DNA from: Candidatus Woesearchaeota archaeon CG10_big_fil_rev_8_21_14_0_10_45_16
Lineage (GTDB): Archaea; Nanobdellota; Nanobdellia; Woesearchaeales; GW2011-AR9
Direction: 5' to 3'
DNA length: 64,000 nt
Assembly: GCA_002762785.1 (NCBI GenBank)
Contig: PCXY01000003.1
Span: forward strand, 70,463 to 134,462
Each line of letters starts with the position of its first letter. The first letter of the stretch is position 1. The notes beneath the pieces are model-generated. The model was not told the origin of the DNA. It saw only the letters and a program-made list of their open reading frames with translations, and did no database searches. This document shows, piece after piece, positions 27,299 to 36,737 of the stretch. A program made the translations under genes and the position numbers.

Positions 27299-28252
27299 GT
27301 GACAATGGAATACCGCAAGCTAATATCGTTTGGGAAGAACAGTTTTGTCATCTCCCTGCCCAAGGCCTGGATCTCTCAGAACAAGCTGGAGAAAGGTGAT
27401 CTGATCTATCTTGAAGAAGAAGGACAGAGCCTGCGTCTGAGAATCAAAGAATCTGAAAAGCCGGTCGAAGAGAAGACGGCCTCTATCGTTATCGATGGCA
27501 AATCTCCACAGGCTATCCAGCGGGAAGTTATCGCTACCTATGTTCAGAACTATCCTAAGATCATCCTTAAAGGCAACGAGATCAAGAGCTCGGTGAAAGA
27601 ACTGCAAGGTATCATCCAGAACCTCATCGCGTTGGAGATCATGGAGCAGACTTCCGATTCTATCATCGCCCGCGATTTCCTTAACATGGATACCGTCTCC
27701 GTCGACGAATTGCTACGAAAGATGGACATCGTCACCCGGACCATGTTCAAAGAGATGTGTAATATCTTTACTGAGGATAACTATGAAAACCTCAACGATC
27801 GGGATACTGACGTCAACCGTCTTTATTTCTTGCTATATCGGGCAATCTTGTACAACCTGGAGAATCCTACTAAAGCCATGAAGAATCTCAAGATGACCGG
27901 CAAAGACTTATTGAAGATCAATTTCCTGGCGTTCTACGTTGAAGCGACAGCTGACGAAGTCCGCCGTGTCGCTCGTTTTTCTCATAAGCTGAAGATCACG
28001 CCGGCTAAGCAGAAACAACTGGAAAGCTATTTCAAAAAGATGCGCGATCTTTATATGGATACGATGAAAGCAGCTCTTGCGAAAGATATCAAAGGTGCTT
28101 TAGCTCTGGCTGATCACAAGCGTTCTTGCGATAGAGATCTGAAAGATATTGAAGATCCTAAGATCCCTGAGCTGAATTATGTTGTCTCTCGATTACAGCG
28201 GATGACCAGCTTGGTCCATAATATGGGACGAATTGTCTATACATTAGGATAG
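27299..28252 (+). CDS. AbrB-PhoU phosphate-uptake regulator
   Basis: EYRKLISFGKNSFVISLPKAW AbrB domain; DTDVNRLY PhoU-like helices. Confidence 0.88.
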   Translation: MTMEYRKLISFGKNSFVISLPKAWISQNKLEKGDLIYLEEEGQSLRLRIKESEKPVEEKTASIVIDGKSPQAIQREVIATYVQNYPKIILKGNEIKSSVKELQGIIQNLIALEIMEQTSDSIIARDFLNMDTVSVDELLRKMDIVTRTMFKEMCNIFTEDNYENLNDRDTDVNRLYFLLYRAILYNLENPTKAMKNLKMTGKDLLKINFLAFYVEATADEVRRVARFSHKLKITPAKQKQLESYFKKMRDLYMDTMKAALAKDIKGALALADHKRSCDRDLKDIEDPKIPELNYVVSRLQRMTSLVHNMGRIVYTLG

Positions 28253-28320
28253 TCATGTCCTGATGATGTTTTTTTAAGAAACGTTTAAAAAAGAAAGTTC
28301 GATTTTTAGAGAGAAGGGGT

Positions 28321-29268
28321 GTGGTGCGGGTACAGATGACAGAGCAAGACACAGTACAGCGGACGATCCAGGATCTGCGGAGAAGATGGAGGACTGGAGA
28401 AAAAGAATCACTTTCTGATTCCGATCTACGTACTCTTGAAGTGATCATGAAAGATGAGACTGGGTTCACTTTTGATACGCTTCATGATGCTTTTCTTTTT
28501 CGCTTTTCTGGAGCGATAGTAAAAGAAGCCCTCAATAGAGACAACCATGTTATTACCCTGCCGACGGGGACAAGACATCTTTACGCCCTGCCGGGGGGCA
28601 GGATCCGTCCTGAAGCGATGCCTTTCAGCGCTCTTTTGTTTGCACAGTTCTGGCATGATAACAGATCTTTTTATGAACAAGCTTTTGGAGGAGATAGAAG
28701 CCAGATAGGATATCTTAAAGATCGAACATTCCTCAATCCACTTAAAGAGCTGGCGAAGCAGATGGATATGCCATTTAGAGACGGAAGGTCAAACATCCGT
28801 CAGGAAGGCTATCGGGAATTGAGAGAAGAGCTTGGTCTTGTGACAAGGAGAAGGGGTGAAAGAGATGGTCTTCCTGTCCACATCAAGAGAGCGGTTCCCA
28901 TCGATATGTACCTCCATCGTTATCGAAGAGCCATTCCGGGCAGTGATGAAGGTAGGATCGGATGGTTTGTGTCTTTTAACTATCTGGTTGATGTGACTGG
29001 AAATTTTGAAGCGGTAAAAGAGCACGTCAAACCAAGAGAAGCAGAAGGCATCCGCTGGGTTTCCTTGGCTGAAGCTGCTAGGCCGGGGCATGCTGAATTG
29101 TATCATGATACCGTACACTATGTTGCCGTGCGCCTTGGTGATCTAGGTCTGGTCAACACCCAACCGAGACATGGTCGTTACGAAAGAAGTCTTTCCAATG
29201 ATCAATCAGTCATGCCGGTCGAGACGGTAAGGGTTCCCTGCTTTGGCATGGCTCATGCTGATAGATAG
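28321..29268 (+). CDS. NUDIX-like protein
   Basis: LPGG and GYRELREELG (split Nudix box). Confidence 0.6.
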   Translation: MVRVQMTEQDTVQRTIQDLRRRWRTGEKESLSDSDLRTLEVIMKDETGFTFDTLHDAFLFRFSGAIVKEALNRDNHVITLPTGTRHLYALPGGRIRPEAMPFSALLFAQFWHDNRSFYEQAFGGDRSQIGYLKDRTFLNPLKELAKQMDMPFRDGRSNIRQEGYRELREELGLVTRRRGERDGLPVHIKRAVPIDMYLHRYRRAIPGSDEGRIGWFVSFNYLVDVTGNFEAVKEHVKPREAEGIRWVSLAEAARPGHAELYHDTVHYVAVRLGDLGLVNTQPRHGRYERSLSNDQSVMPVETVRVPCFGMAHADR

Positions 29269-29340
29269 TAATAACTTTTATAAACAGGGTCTTTTTCTTA
29301 ATTCTCACCTATTAGACATGGGCACCTGCGCTCAGGTAAT

Positions 29341-29441
29341 GTGGGGGTAGCAAAGCCTGGTCAAATGCGCAGGACTTAAGACAACTTTGAAAGATATCCT
29401 GTCCTTTAGTAGGTTCGAGGGTTCAAATCCCTTCCCCCACA
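29341..29441 (+). tRNA. tRNA-Leu(TAA) with a canonical intron of about 15 nt (29381-29395)
   Basis: GTGGGGG/CCCCCAC acceptor stem, CAGGA-CT-TAA-G...A-TCCTG, variable arm, GAGGG-TTCAAAT-CCCTT. Confidence 0.92.
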
Positions 29442-29493
29442 CTCTTTTGTTATAGCAATCTTTAAATAACAATTCTTAATTTTGCCTACTGAT

Positions 29494-29579
29494 GCCCCTG
29501 TGGCCTAGCGGTATGGCGTTACCTTGGTATACATCATACAAAGAGGTAAAGGTCCCGAGTTCAAGTCTCGGCAGGGGCT
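29494..29579 (+). tRNA. tRNA-Thr(GGT) with a canonical intron of about 14 nt (29530-29543)
   Basis: GCCCCTG/CAGGGGC acceptor stem, TTACC-TT-GGT-A...A-GGTAA, CCGAG-TTCAAGT-CTCGG. Confidence 0.92.
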
Positions 29580-29690
29580 TCACAGGCGCCTGCCGGCTTA
29601 AAGGTCTTGACCTTTTTTGTCGGCAGGGGCTTCTTTTTTCTATTCTCCAACACAGTAAAACATTAATAGTTGCCCTCTTAGTCATCATCG

Positions 29691-30635
29691 ATGCTTGACA
29701 CGATCTCAGCCGACGTTCGAAATACACTCGCTTCTTTCTCTGAGGATGATGCCATAATCTTCAACAACAAGTTATACCGGCTGGACAGAGAGCGATATGA
29801 AGCGATCCCATTGGCTGATGCCAGAAAAGAAGCGCCAAGGATCGCCTTCATCGACGGCGGGCAGGCCGAGATACTTTCTGCGGGAAATCTTTCTGTCTCT
29901 TTCATCCGCGTGGCAGCGGCGGTCTTCAAGAGGGGTATCAAGCTGGAAAACCTTCAGGAGGAGTTCTACCTGTTTACCAAAGCCGTCTGGCATGGTGATG
30001 ATCTTTATTATCATTCCACCATCTATGGTTCTGCTCTCATCCAGAAAGAAGATCTTTACATAAGTTCCAACGATGCTTCGATCAAGATCGGTTCAGAACG
30101 GGCGCCGATATCTAAAGTGGCAAACATGGCCAGAAGGTTTGCCGAGCTGGCTCTGGCTGCTAAAGTAGATGCAGATCATGTCGTCCTTGACGGCACCTTG
30201 GAAAAGACGTTCAGGAATGAAGAGAAATATCTGGAGAAACTGTCTTCCACCATTTCGGCTGTCGCTAAATCTTCTTCTCTGTTTACAACGTCAGGCAACA
30301 GTCCCGTGGTCTTGCTCAATAAGATCGGTCCTGAAGGCTGCTGGCGCTATTCTCTTGATGAGGCTGCTCATTTCGTCAAACTCCATCCAGCTTCAAGACA
30401 CGTCTTTCGTTTTGAAGGAGATACGACCGTGCTGTCTTCACTGCTGTCTCTTTGCTCCGACGCTTTATTTTTAGGCTACCCTTATGGTCTCCTCATGGCC
30501 GATCAGCTGGCTCGGGTCAGCAATGCTGAGAAGAAGAGCCTGCGGCTGCGATTATTGTTAAACAAAGACAATTCCGAGATCGTCAATTACCTGCAGACGA
30601 TGAACGCCCATGATATCTTGGATACGTTAGGATAG
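29691..30635 (+). CDS. nurA: NurA-family nuclease
   Basis: IAFIDGG, VLDGTL, AVAKSS, GYPYGL..AD..ARVS. Confidence 0.8.
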   Translation: MLDTISADVRNTLASFSEDDAIIFNNKLYRLDRERYEAIPLADARKEAPRIAFIDGGQAEILSAGNLSVSFIRVAAAVFKRGIKLENLQEEFYLFTKAVWHGDDLYYHSTIYGSALIQKEDLYISSNDASIKIGSERAPISKVANMARRFAELALAAKVDADHVVLDGTLEKTFRNEEKYLEKLSSTISAVAKSSSLFTTSGNSPVVLLNKIGPEGCWRYSLDEAAHFVKLHPASRHVFRFEGDTTVLSSLLSLCSDALFLGYPYGLLMADQLARVSNAEKKSLRLRLLLNKDNSEIVNYLQTMNAHDILDTLG

Positions 30636-30950
30636 CTTGTCGATCTTGGCCGCCATGATAAAGTCATTCTCAGAGAGGCCGTTGACAGCATGCGTCCATA
30701 AAGTTACTTTTACTTTTCCCCAAGCCAGGAAGATATCTGGATGGTGGCCTTCTTTCTCCGCCAGGGAGCCGATCTTGTCGACAAACTTTAAGGCAGTCTT
30801 GAAATCTTTGAACTTATATCCTTTTTCGATCTGATGGCTTCGTACTGTCTTCCAGCCTTTCACCATCTTCTGATACTTCTTCAGCCGTTCTCCTTTTAAC
30901 GGAGGGATGCCGCCCTCACAGGCTACACACTTCTTTTTTGTAAGATCCAT
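30627..30950 (-). CDS. Pterin-4a-carbinolamine dehydratase
   Basis: AEKEGHHPDI...WTHAVNGLSENDFIMAAKID. Confidence 0.93.
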   Translation of the reverse strand: MDLTKKKCVACEGGIPPLKGERLKKYQKMVKGWKTVRSHQIEKGYKFKDFKTALKFVDKIGSLAEKEGHHPDIFLAWGKVKVTLWTHAVNGLSENDFIMAAKIDKLS

Positions 30951-31005
30951 CTATCATAGGATATTAGAGGTGGATTTAAATATTATCTTTTTTTAATGTC
31001 TTCTT

Positions 31006-31557
31006 ATGAAAAAAGTGGAAGAAGAACAGTTGTGGAACGATTTTGAGGTAGAGGAAGAAAGACCATCTCGATGGAAGAAACCGTTGTTGTTCATGTTGGG
31101 AATGTTTATGATATTCCTAACTGTCTCCTACATCATCGTCGGCTATCCGATCTCCTCCATCATCGAAGGACAGCTGGAATCGGATGCCTTGCAGAATAAT
31201 GTCCTCAATCTGGATTCGTTTTCCCTCATCTTCATCAATGACACAGAGAAAACTCTCCAGTCATTGTACTTCTCAGAGCAGAAGGTCGAGTTCAGTGTCT
31301 GTCTTTCCGGCTATCTGCAGGATGACGATTATTACATCACCTCTTTATACCAGCCGGCGATGTTCGAGCAGGCTTTCGATCATGTTTCTTTTGAGCCCTG
31401 TTCGACAGAATCGTTGATATTCCTGCATACCCATCCGTACAAAAGCTGCATCGCTTCCGACACCGACATCAACACCCTGAAGAAGATGAAAGCCAGAAAT
31501 AATGATGTGCTGATGGTAGTGATGTGCGAGCCTGATCGGTTCAGCGTCTATGGTTGA
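31006..31557 (+). CDS. Membrane-anchored JAB/MPN-like protein
   Basis: N-terminal TM helix; EFSVCL...HTHP...ASDTD JAMM-type motif. Confidence 0.6.
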   Translation: MKKVEEEQLWNDFEVEEERPSRWKKPLLFMLGMFMIFLTVSYIIVGYPISSIIEGQLESDALQNNVLNLDSFSLIFINDTEKTLQSLYFSEQKVEFSVCLSGYLQDDDYYITSLYQPAMFEQAFDHVSFEPCSTESLIFLHTHPYKSCIASDTDINTLKKMKARNNDVLMVVMCEPDRFSVYG

Positions 31558-32644
31558 TGCTCCATCTTTGGTAATCTCTCAATTGCTGGATGATGTACTC
31601 CGGCATGTTTAGATGATTCTTGTTGATGATCTCATCAAGAGGGACTAATCTAACCTCACCGATCTCGCCGCGGACCAACGGCTGGAATGAATCGGAGGTT
31701 AACTCTCCGACGGGTCTGGCTGCATAAACTTCTTTGTAGACGATATCTCCGCGGTCACCATCCCTGACATATTTTTCTACAAAATGTATCTCGTCGATCT
31801 CTAATCCTGTCTCTTCCCTTCCTTCTCTGGCGGCAGCTTGGTTGAAACTTTCCAAAGGTCTTTTCCTGCCGCTGGGGATAGTCCAGATCTCTCTTTTATT
31901 ATCATAGACCACAACAACTCTCTGTTCATATTCGATGACCACGCCAACTGCCCGTACAATGTCATCACTTCTTTCACGGAAATTATTTGTGTTGACAGAT
32001 TCTATCCAATGATGAAGAGTAGTAAAGTCATCAACCGTGATATGAGCTATCTCTTCCAGTTCCGGGCATCTATATGGCCTGAAAGCCGCAGTATAACCTC
32101 CTTGATCACAGAGATATTTGATGACCGGCTGATCATTGTCATTATCGCCGACGTATAGGGCTGAAGAGAGACTGATATCCCGTTCATCACACAACTTCTT
32201 AAAAGCGTCTAGTTTCTGTCCCATCGGCACTCTCGCAGTATATCTGCCGGTGATGATGCCTCTTTTAGTCGGTAATTCATTAGCCATGGCAAAATCAAGT
32301 CCTAGCTCTTTACGAACATGCTCAGCAACCAGATCGATGCTGCTGGTAAGGATGCCGGCGTGTTGCACGCCGTGTGGCAGATGCCTGAAAAATTCTTCAA
32401 CTCCTTCGGTGTAAGGTATCTCTCCCATCGCTTTCAGAACTCGTTCAACATTTCTTTGCCGTAGAAGCAGGGCATTTAAAGGTCCCCAACGATGGATAGA
32501 TTCAGGATCACGCCGAAACCTCGCTTTCAGCAGATCTAACTGCTTTTGCTTTATGCCTGCCGCTAACGAGAAAAGGTCAAAAGTAGACCCATCTATGATG
32601 GTATGGTCCAGGTCCGTAATGATGGTCTCTATCGTTTCAGCCAT
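31541..32644 (-). CDS. HAD phosphatase (SerB-like) fused to a NUDIX domain
   Basis: DLDHT, TSS, K and GDNDND HAD motifs; PSG...AAAREGREETGL Nudix box. Confidence 0.8.
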   Translation of the reverse strand: MAETIETIITDLDHTIIDGSTFDLFSLAAGIKQKQLDLLKARFRRDPESIHRWGPLNALLLRQRNVERVLKAMGEIPYTEGVEEFFRHLPHGVQHAGILTSSIDLVAEHVRKELGLDFAMANELPTKRGIITGRYTARVPMGQKLDAFKKLCDERDISLSSALYVGDNDNDQPVIKYLCDQGGYTAAFRPYRCPELEEIAHITVDDFTTLHHWIESVNTNNFRERSDDIVRAVGVVIEYEQRVVVVYDNKREIWTIPSGRKRPLESFNQAAAREGREETGLEIDEIHFVEKYVRDGDRGDIVYKEVYAARPVGELTSDSFQPLVRGEIGEVRLVPLDEIINKNHLNMPEYIIQQLRDYQRWSINHRR

Positions 32645-33540
32645 GATGTAAAGTGTTCTTCGATCATTTCTGTCTTCTTTTTCAGCAGAGCAGTCTGTTT
32701 TTTGGATTCGGTCTCGTCGTCAAGCGATTCAGAGATCTTATTAAGCGTCCAGACAGCTCTCAGGGTCTCATCCCGCAGCTTGAACAGAGGAAGACTCTCA
32801 ACTTTCTTCCCAGATGCCTTCTCGTATTCTTTGAGGAACGCATCCTCATCAACATCAGTATGGTTCAGGAAATTCGCTAGGTCCAGTATTACCGGTCCGT
32901 TCTTGCTGAATTCCCAGTCGATAAACATGATCTTTTCTCCATCGTAGATGATATTGGACGGTTTGTTGTCGCCTTTTAGGATGCTGAGAGACGAAGACTT
33001 TTCTTCCTTCAGCTGTTCCCTTACTTTCTGCAATAACAGTTCAAATCTCTCTATTGTCTGTCCATGTAGGGGATGATCCCGCAGCGGCTGCAGGTCGTAT
33101 CTCTGATAATGATCATCTAACTCTTTGACCAGAGAATACCTCTTTTCTCCGATAGTGATAGAATGAAGATGGACATAGGTCTCGGCTATCTTGCTGACAG
33201 CCTCTTCTGGGATACCCTCACTGAGATCTTTTCCTTCTATATATTCGAGGATGATGATACTGGTGTCAAAGAAACTTCTGCTGTCGTCGAGAAAGTATGC
33301 TTTAGGGGCTATCTTGATATTCTCGATGGTTTTCAGTACTTCAAACTCTTTCCGGGTCTTTCCTGTGTTCTCATGCGGGAGATAGCGGTTGATCCTGAAA
33401 ACATATCTCTTTTGGCCTGATCGTATCAGATAGAGTTCATTGAACTTTCCCCGGCCAAGATGTTCAACCTGAGGCTGATCTATCTGAAAGCTCTTCTTTA
33501 TCTTGTCCTGCTGGAGGTATTCTCTGATCTTACTTATCAT
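32629..33540 (-). CDS. Choline/aminoglycoside phosphotransferase family kinase
   Basis: LGRGKFN, GDNKPSNII, FIDWEFS, DLA. Confidence 0.85.
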   Translation of the reverse strand: MISKIREYLQQDKIKKSFQIDQPQVEHLGRGKFNELYLIRSGQKRYVFRINRYLPHENTGKTRKEFEVLKTIENIKIAPKAYFLDDSRSFFDTSIIILEYIEGKDLSEGIPEEAVSKIAETYVHLHSITIGEKRYSLVKELDDHYQRYDLQPLRDHPLHGQTIERFELLLQKVREQLKEEKSSSLSILKGDNKPSNIIYDGEKIMFIDWEFSKNGPVILDLANFLNHTDVDEDAFLKEYEKASGKKVESLPLFKLRDETLRAVWTLNKISESLDDETESKKQTALLKKKTEMIEEHFTSWLKR

Positions 33541-33576
33541 CAGGCTCTCAGAATGGCTCTTATTTTAAAAATTTGT

Positions 33577-34494
33577 TCAGGGATAATTCTTGGTAGGCGA
33601 ATGGTATCCTAACTTGCCTTTGCTATGGTCCTGGAACGTTTTCTGATGATATTGGCGATATTTCTCTTTCGTGCCATATTTCTCAGCGATCATCTCATAC
33701 TCTTGCAGCGCCGCGAGATGGTCCTTTTTTATCAAGGGAGTATTTCCGGTCTTTAGATATTGTCTTATCTCTTCAAAAACCCAGGGATTGATGACAGCCT
33801 GTCGGGCGATCATGACGCCGCTGCAGCCGAGATCAAACATCTTTTTGGCGCTCGGTCCGTCGGTGATGAAACCATTGCCGATGATCGGTATCTTTGCTAT
33901 CGAGATTATTTCTTTCAACGCTTGGAAATCGATCGGACTCATCGAATCCTGGTCAGCAGTCTTAGGATGGACGGTGACCCAATCTAATCTAAGTTCATTG
34001 ACTAATTCGATGATCCCCAGGTAGAGCTTGTTTTTTTTCTCCATGGCGTTCAAGCCTAACCTGATCTTGATGCCGCACGGGACCGGTGAGTATTGCTTCA
34101 GGACCGTCAACAGTTCCCGCATCCTGGCTCTTCTCTTCAGTAAAGCCGGACCGCTGCCTTTGGAGATGACGTCCTGTGAAGGACAGCCGAAATTGAGGTC
34201 GATGCATCTGATGTTCTGATATCTTAGTTCTCCTTCTTCTCTTTTCTTTGTGATAAGTTCTAAAGTCTGTTTGAGAACGTCTGGTTTTGAGACCAATAAT
34301 TGCAGACCAGTGGGAACATCCTCCAGATAGCAGTCGATAAGATCAGTAGTGGCTTTATTGTTCCGAAGTATCGCTTCCGCCCGGATCATCTCAGTAAAGG
34401 TAAGGTCAGCCCCTCTTTTGACGCAGACGCTTCGGAAACCTAAGTCAGAGACACCTTCCATCGGCGAGAGCCACAGCGCGTTTTGTATGTTCAT
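33577..34494 (-). CDS. dus: tRNA-dihydrouridine synthase
   Basis: LSPMEGVSD, FTEM, IDLNFGCP, KIRLG, VTVH, IGNG. Confidence 0.92.
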   Translation of the reverse strand: MNIQNALWLSPMEGVSDLGFRSVCVKRGADLTFTEMIRAEAILRNNKATTDLIDCYLEDVPTGLQLLVSKPDVLKQTLELITKKREEGELRYQNIRCIDLNFGCPSQDVISKGSGPALLKRRARMRELLTVLKQYSPVPCGIKIRLGLNAMEKKNKLYLGIIELVNELRLDWVTVHPKTADQDSMSPIDFQALKEIISIAKIPIIGNGFITDGPSAKKMFDLGCSGVMIARQAVINPWVFEEIRQYLKTGNTPLIKKDHLAALQEYEMIAEKYGTKEKYRQYHQKTFQDHSKGKLGYHSPTKNYP

Positions 34495-34581
34495 GATATC
34501 TATCTTGGGAAGGAGGCTTTTTATAAACGTATTGTCTGTTGTTTAATTATCTTTATAAATGGATTTTATTATTTTTTACAT

Positions 34582-36663
34582 ATGGGGGATTCTTTAGATG
34601 ATCTTGTCAGTTATGCTGAGAAAGTACGTCGTTTTGTCGAGACACCGACAGAAGTAAGATTAGATCGGGAAGGGGATGTTTATACGGCCACTATACTGGT
34701 GGCTGATCTCTACGGAAATCTAAGAGATTGCCAGCTTGAGGTTAAGGTAGCCGATGGTTATGGTCATGTTGCTTTCAATAAAATTCCAGCTAAAAGACTT
34801 GAAGCCCCCGATATTGGAGATCCCGACCACCTTTTTCTAGGATTTCATCAGGATGTATTGGTCCATGTTGACGAGATCTATAGGAAGAGTAAACTGCGTC
34901 CAGAATCAGAAGCGATAGTTGCTCCTATTCCTGAGTCTTGTCAACCAGCAGAAGAGCTAGTTCCTGAAGTGGTTGCTGTTGCACCACCTGTTGCACCACC
35001 TGTCAATCCAGTAAGTGTTGATCCTGCTGCGGTTGCCCCTGGATCGATCATTAGGCCACCATCAACTGCTCTTGAACCCTCTGGAAGTTTAGATGATGTT
35101 GTTGGTCGTTTACCATCACCGGCTATGGAAAGATCTCTAGCAGGTCAACCTGATTATTACCATCCCTTAGCAGTCTCATTACGAAGACGTCTGGAGGATG
35201 AAGGATATTTGAGAGACGGAAAGATAGTTCTGAGAGGTCAGACCAATGATAGGGAACATTTCTGGACTTACAGCAATACTGCGTATTTTACAGAAAGAAG
35301 CGTTTCTACTTTAAGAAATCTGGCAGAGCGTCTCTCTCTCAATGTTTTTAACAGGTCTATTTTTGCTTATGGTCTCACAGTTGCAAATGCCCTCAAATTA
35401 AAATTGCTTCCCACTAAAAAAGGTCCAGCCCACTTGAATTATTCAGAATTGGAAACAGTTTTTGGGATGGAAAGGGGTGAATTCAGAAAGGTTGCGGGAG
35501 CCCATTTTGTTACTGGGGCTGATACTGCGGAGATAAAGAGAAATCAGCAGATAATCTATTCTCAGATCTTTGACCTTGCTCTCTCTCTTGATGCTGAAGA
35601 CACCAGAATTGATACTATCACTACTCCACCTGTTTCTCTTCTTGAAGGGATAGTGGCTGTTTCAGAGGAACTGGATATAGAGATCACGGAAAAACAGTTG
35701 ACTTCTTTGGAGGATTCGTTACGAAGCCGTCTTGTCAATGAGGGATATATTAAAGATGGACGGATTCACTTAGGAAAAAAGTCATGGGCTCGGGATGATT
35801 TTCTGGATTTTGGTCTAGCAGCTAATCTTATTGGTAAAACCAGAAATGCTATTTCACAATACGCGAAGAGCCATAATCTTCGAGTGTTTAGTGGGATTGA
35901 TATTGGCATCACGGTCGAGAAAACACTTTTGTATTGTTTCACACCAAAGTACCGATCAGGGCACCATGCTTTTGGAGGTCACGAATTATCAGAGCTTTAT
36001 GGTGTTGATGCCTCTCAGTTACCTTTAGGATTAATTAAAAAAACTGAAGAAGAAGCCCATTATGACCTCCAGAAACGACAGAGAGATACTTTCTTTAGAG
36101 TTTTCAACAGGGTCATGGATGGTTTGGATGCAGCAGTTTCTGAGGAGATTCCCAATACTGCCGTCGAAGAACAGGTTGACCTTGCTCAGTATCAAGATGA
36201 TTTCAATCGGATCTACTTCAATCTCGCTTTGGGAACGAGCATACAAGGTAATGCGATAACGATCGGCGATTATTCCGTCAAATATGACCATGGAATACCC
36301 CGAGGAAAGGCTAGAGATTTACTCGATGGTAAACTGTCGGTAAAAGACGCTGAAACCATAGACCCTTTTACTGTTTTAGTCCTTGTCTCTGAGCCGTATC
36401 CAGAGATCGCTGACAATCTTTCCGGCAATGGAACATATGATACGCTGGCCAGAAACTGGGCGAGCATGATGGCCGATAAGGAACAGAGGACAGCTTTCAT
36501 GGAAGGTTTAGGATACCTGTCGATCCCTGATTTTAGGACAGCTCTTTCCGAAAGAGGTTTTAGTCCGATGAAAGTCCAAAAAGATTTTGGAGGATGGGTA
36601 AAAGAGTATGCTGTCCTTGGAATGATGCCAAGAGGTGCTATTGATAAGATTGCATCAAGTTAG
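34582..36663 (+). CDS. Large hypothetical protein with a Pro-rich linker and two internal repeats
   Basis: SLRRRLEDEGYLRDGKI vs SLRSRLVNEGYIKDGRI; start moved to MGDSL after TTTATAAA. Confidence 0.7.
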   Translation: MGDSLDDLVSYAEKVRRFVETPTEVRLDREGDVYTATILVADLYGNLRDCQLEVKVADGYGHVAFNKIPAKRLEAPDIGDPDHLFLGFHQDVLVHVDEIYRKSKLRPESEAIVAPIPESCQPAEELVPEVVAVAPPVAPPVNPVSVDPAAVAPGSIIRPPSTALEPSGSLDDVVGRLPSPAMERSLAGQPDYYHPLAVSLRRRLEDEGYLRDGKIVLRGQTNDREHFWTYSNTAYFTERSVSTLRNLAERLSLNVFNRSIFAYGLTVANALKLKLLPTKKGPAHLNYSELETVFGMERGEFRKVAGAHFVTGADTAEIKRNQQIIYSQIFDLALSLDAEDTRIDTITTPPVSLLEGIVAVSEELDIEITEKQLTSLEDSLRSRLVNEGYIKDGRIHLGKKSWARDDFLDFGLAANLIGKTRNAISQYAKSHNLRVFSGIDIGITVEKTLLYCFTPKYRSGHHAFGGHELSELYGVDASQLPLGLIKKTEEEAHYDLQKRQRDTFFRVFNRVMDGLDAAVSEEIPNTAVEEQVDLAQYQDDFNRIYFNLALGTSIQGNAITIGDYSVKYDHGIPRGKARDLLDGKLSVKDAETIDPFTVLVLVSEPYPEIADNLSGNGTYDTLARNWASMMADKEQRTAFMEGLGYLSIPDFRTALSERGFSPMKVQKDFGGWVKEYAVLGMMPRGAIDKIASS

Positions 36664-36737
36664 AGATGCAGGCGAGGATTCCATATTAGCTGAAATGTCA
36701 CTTACATTTAAATATCCCAAATCATTCCTCTCTCCTA

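Noticed and set aside
29476-29727. ORFs over tRNA-Thr
   Set aside because: They overlap a clear tRNA gene.
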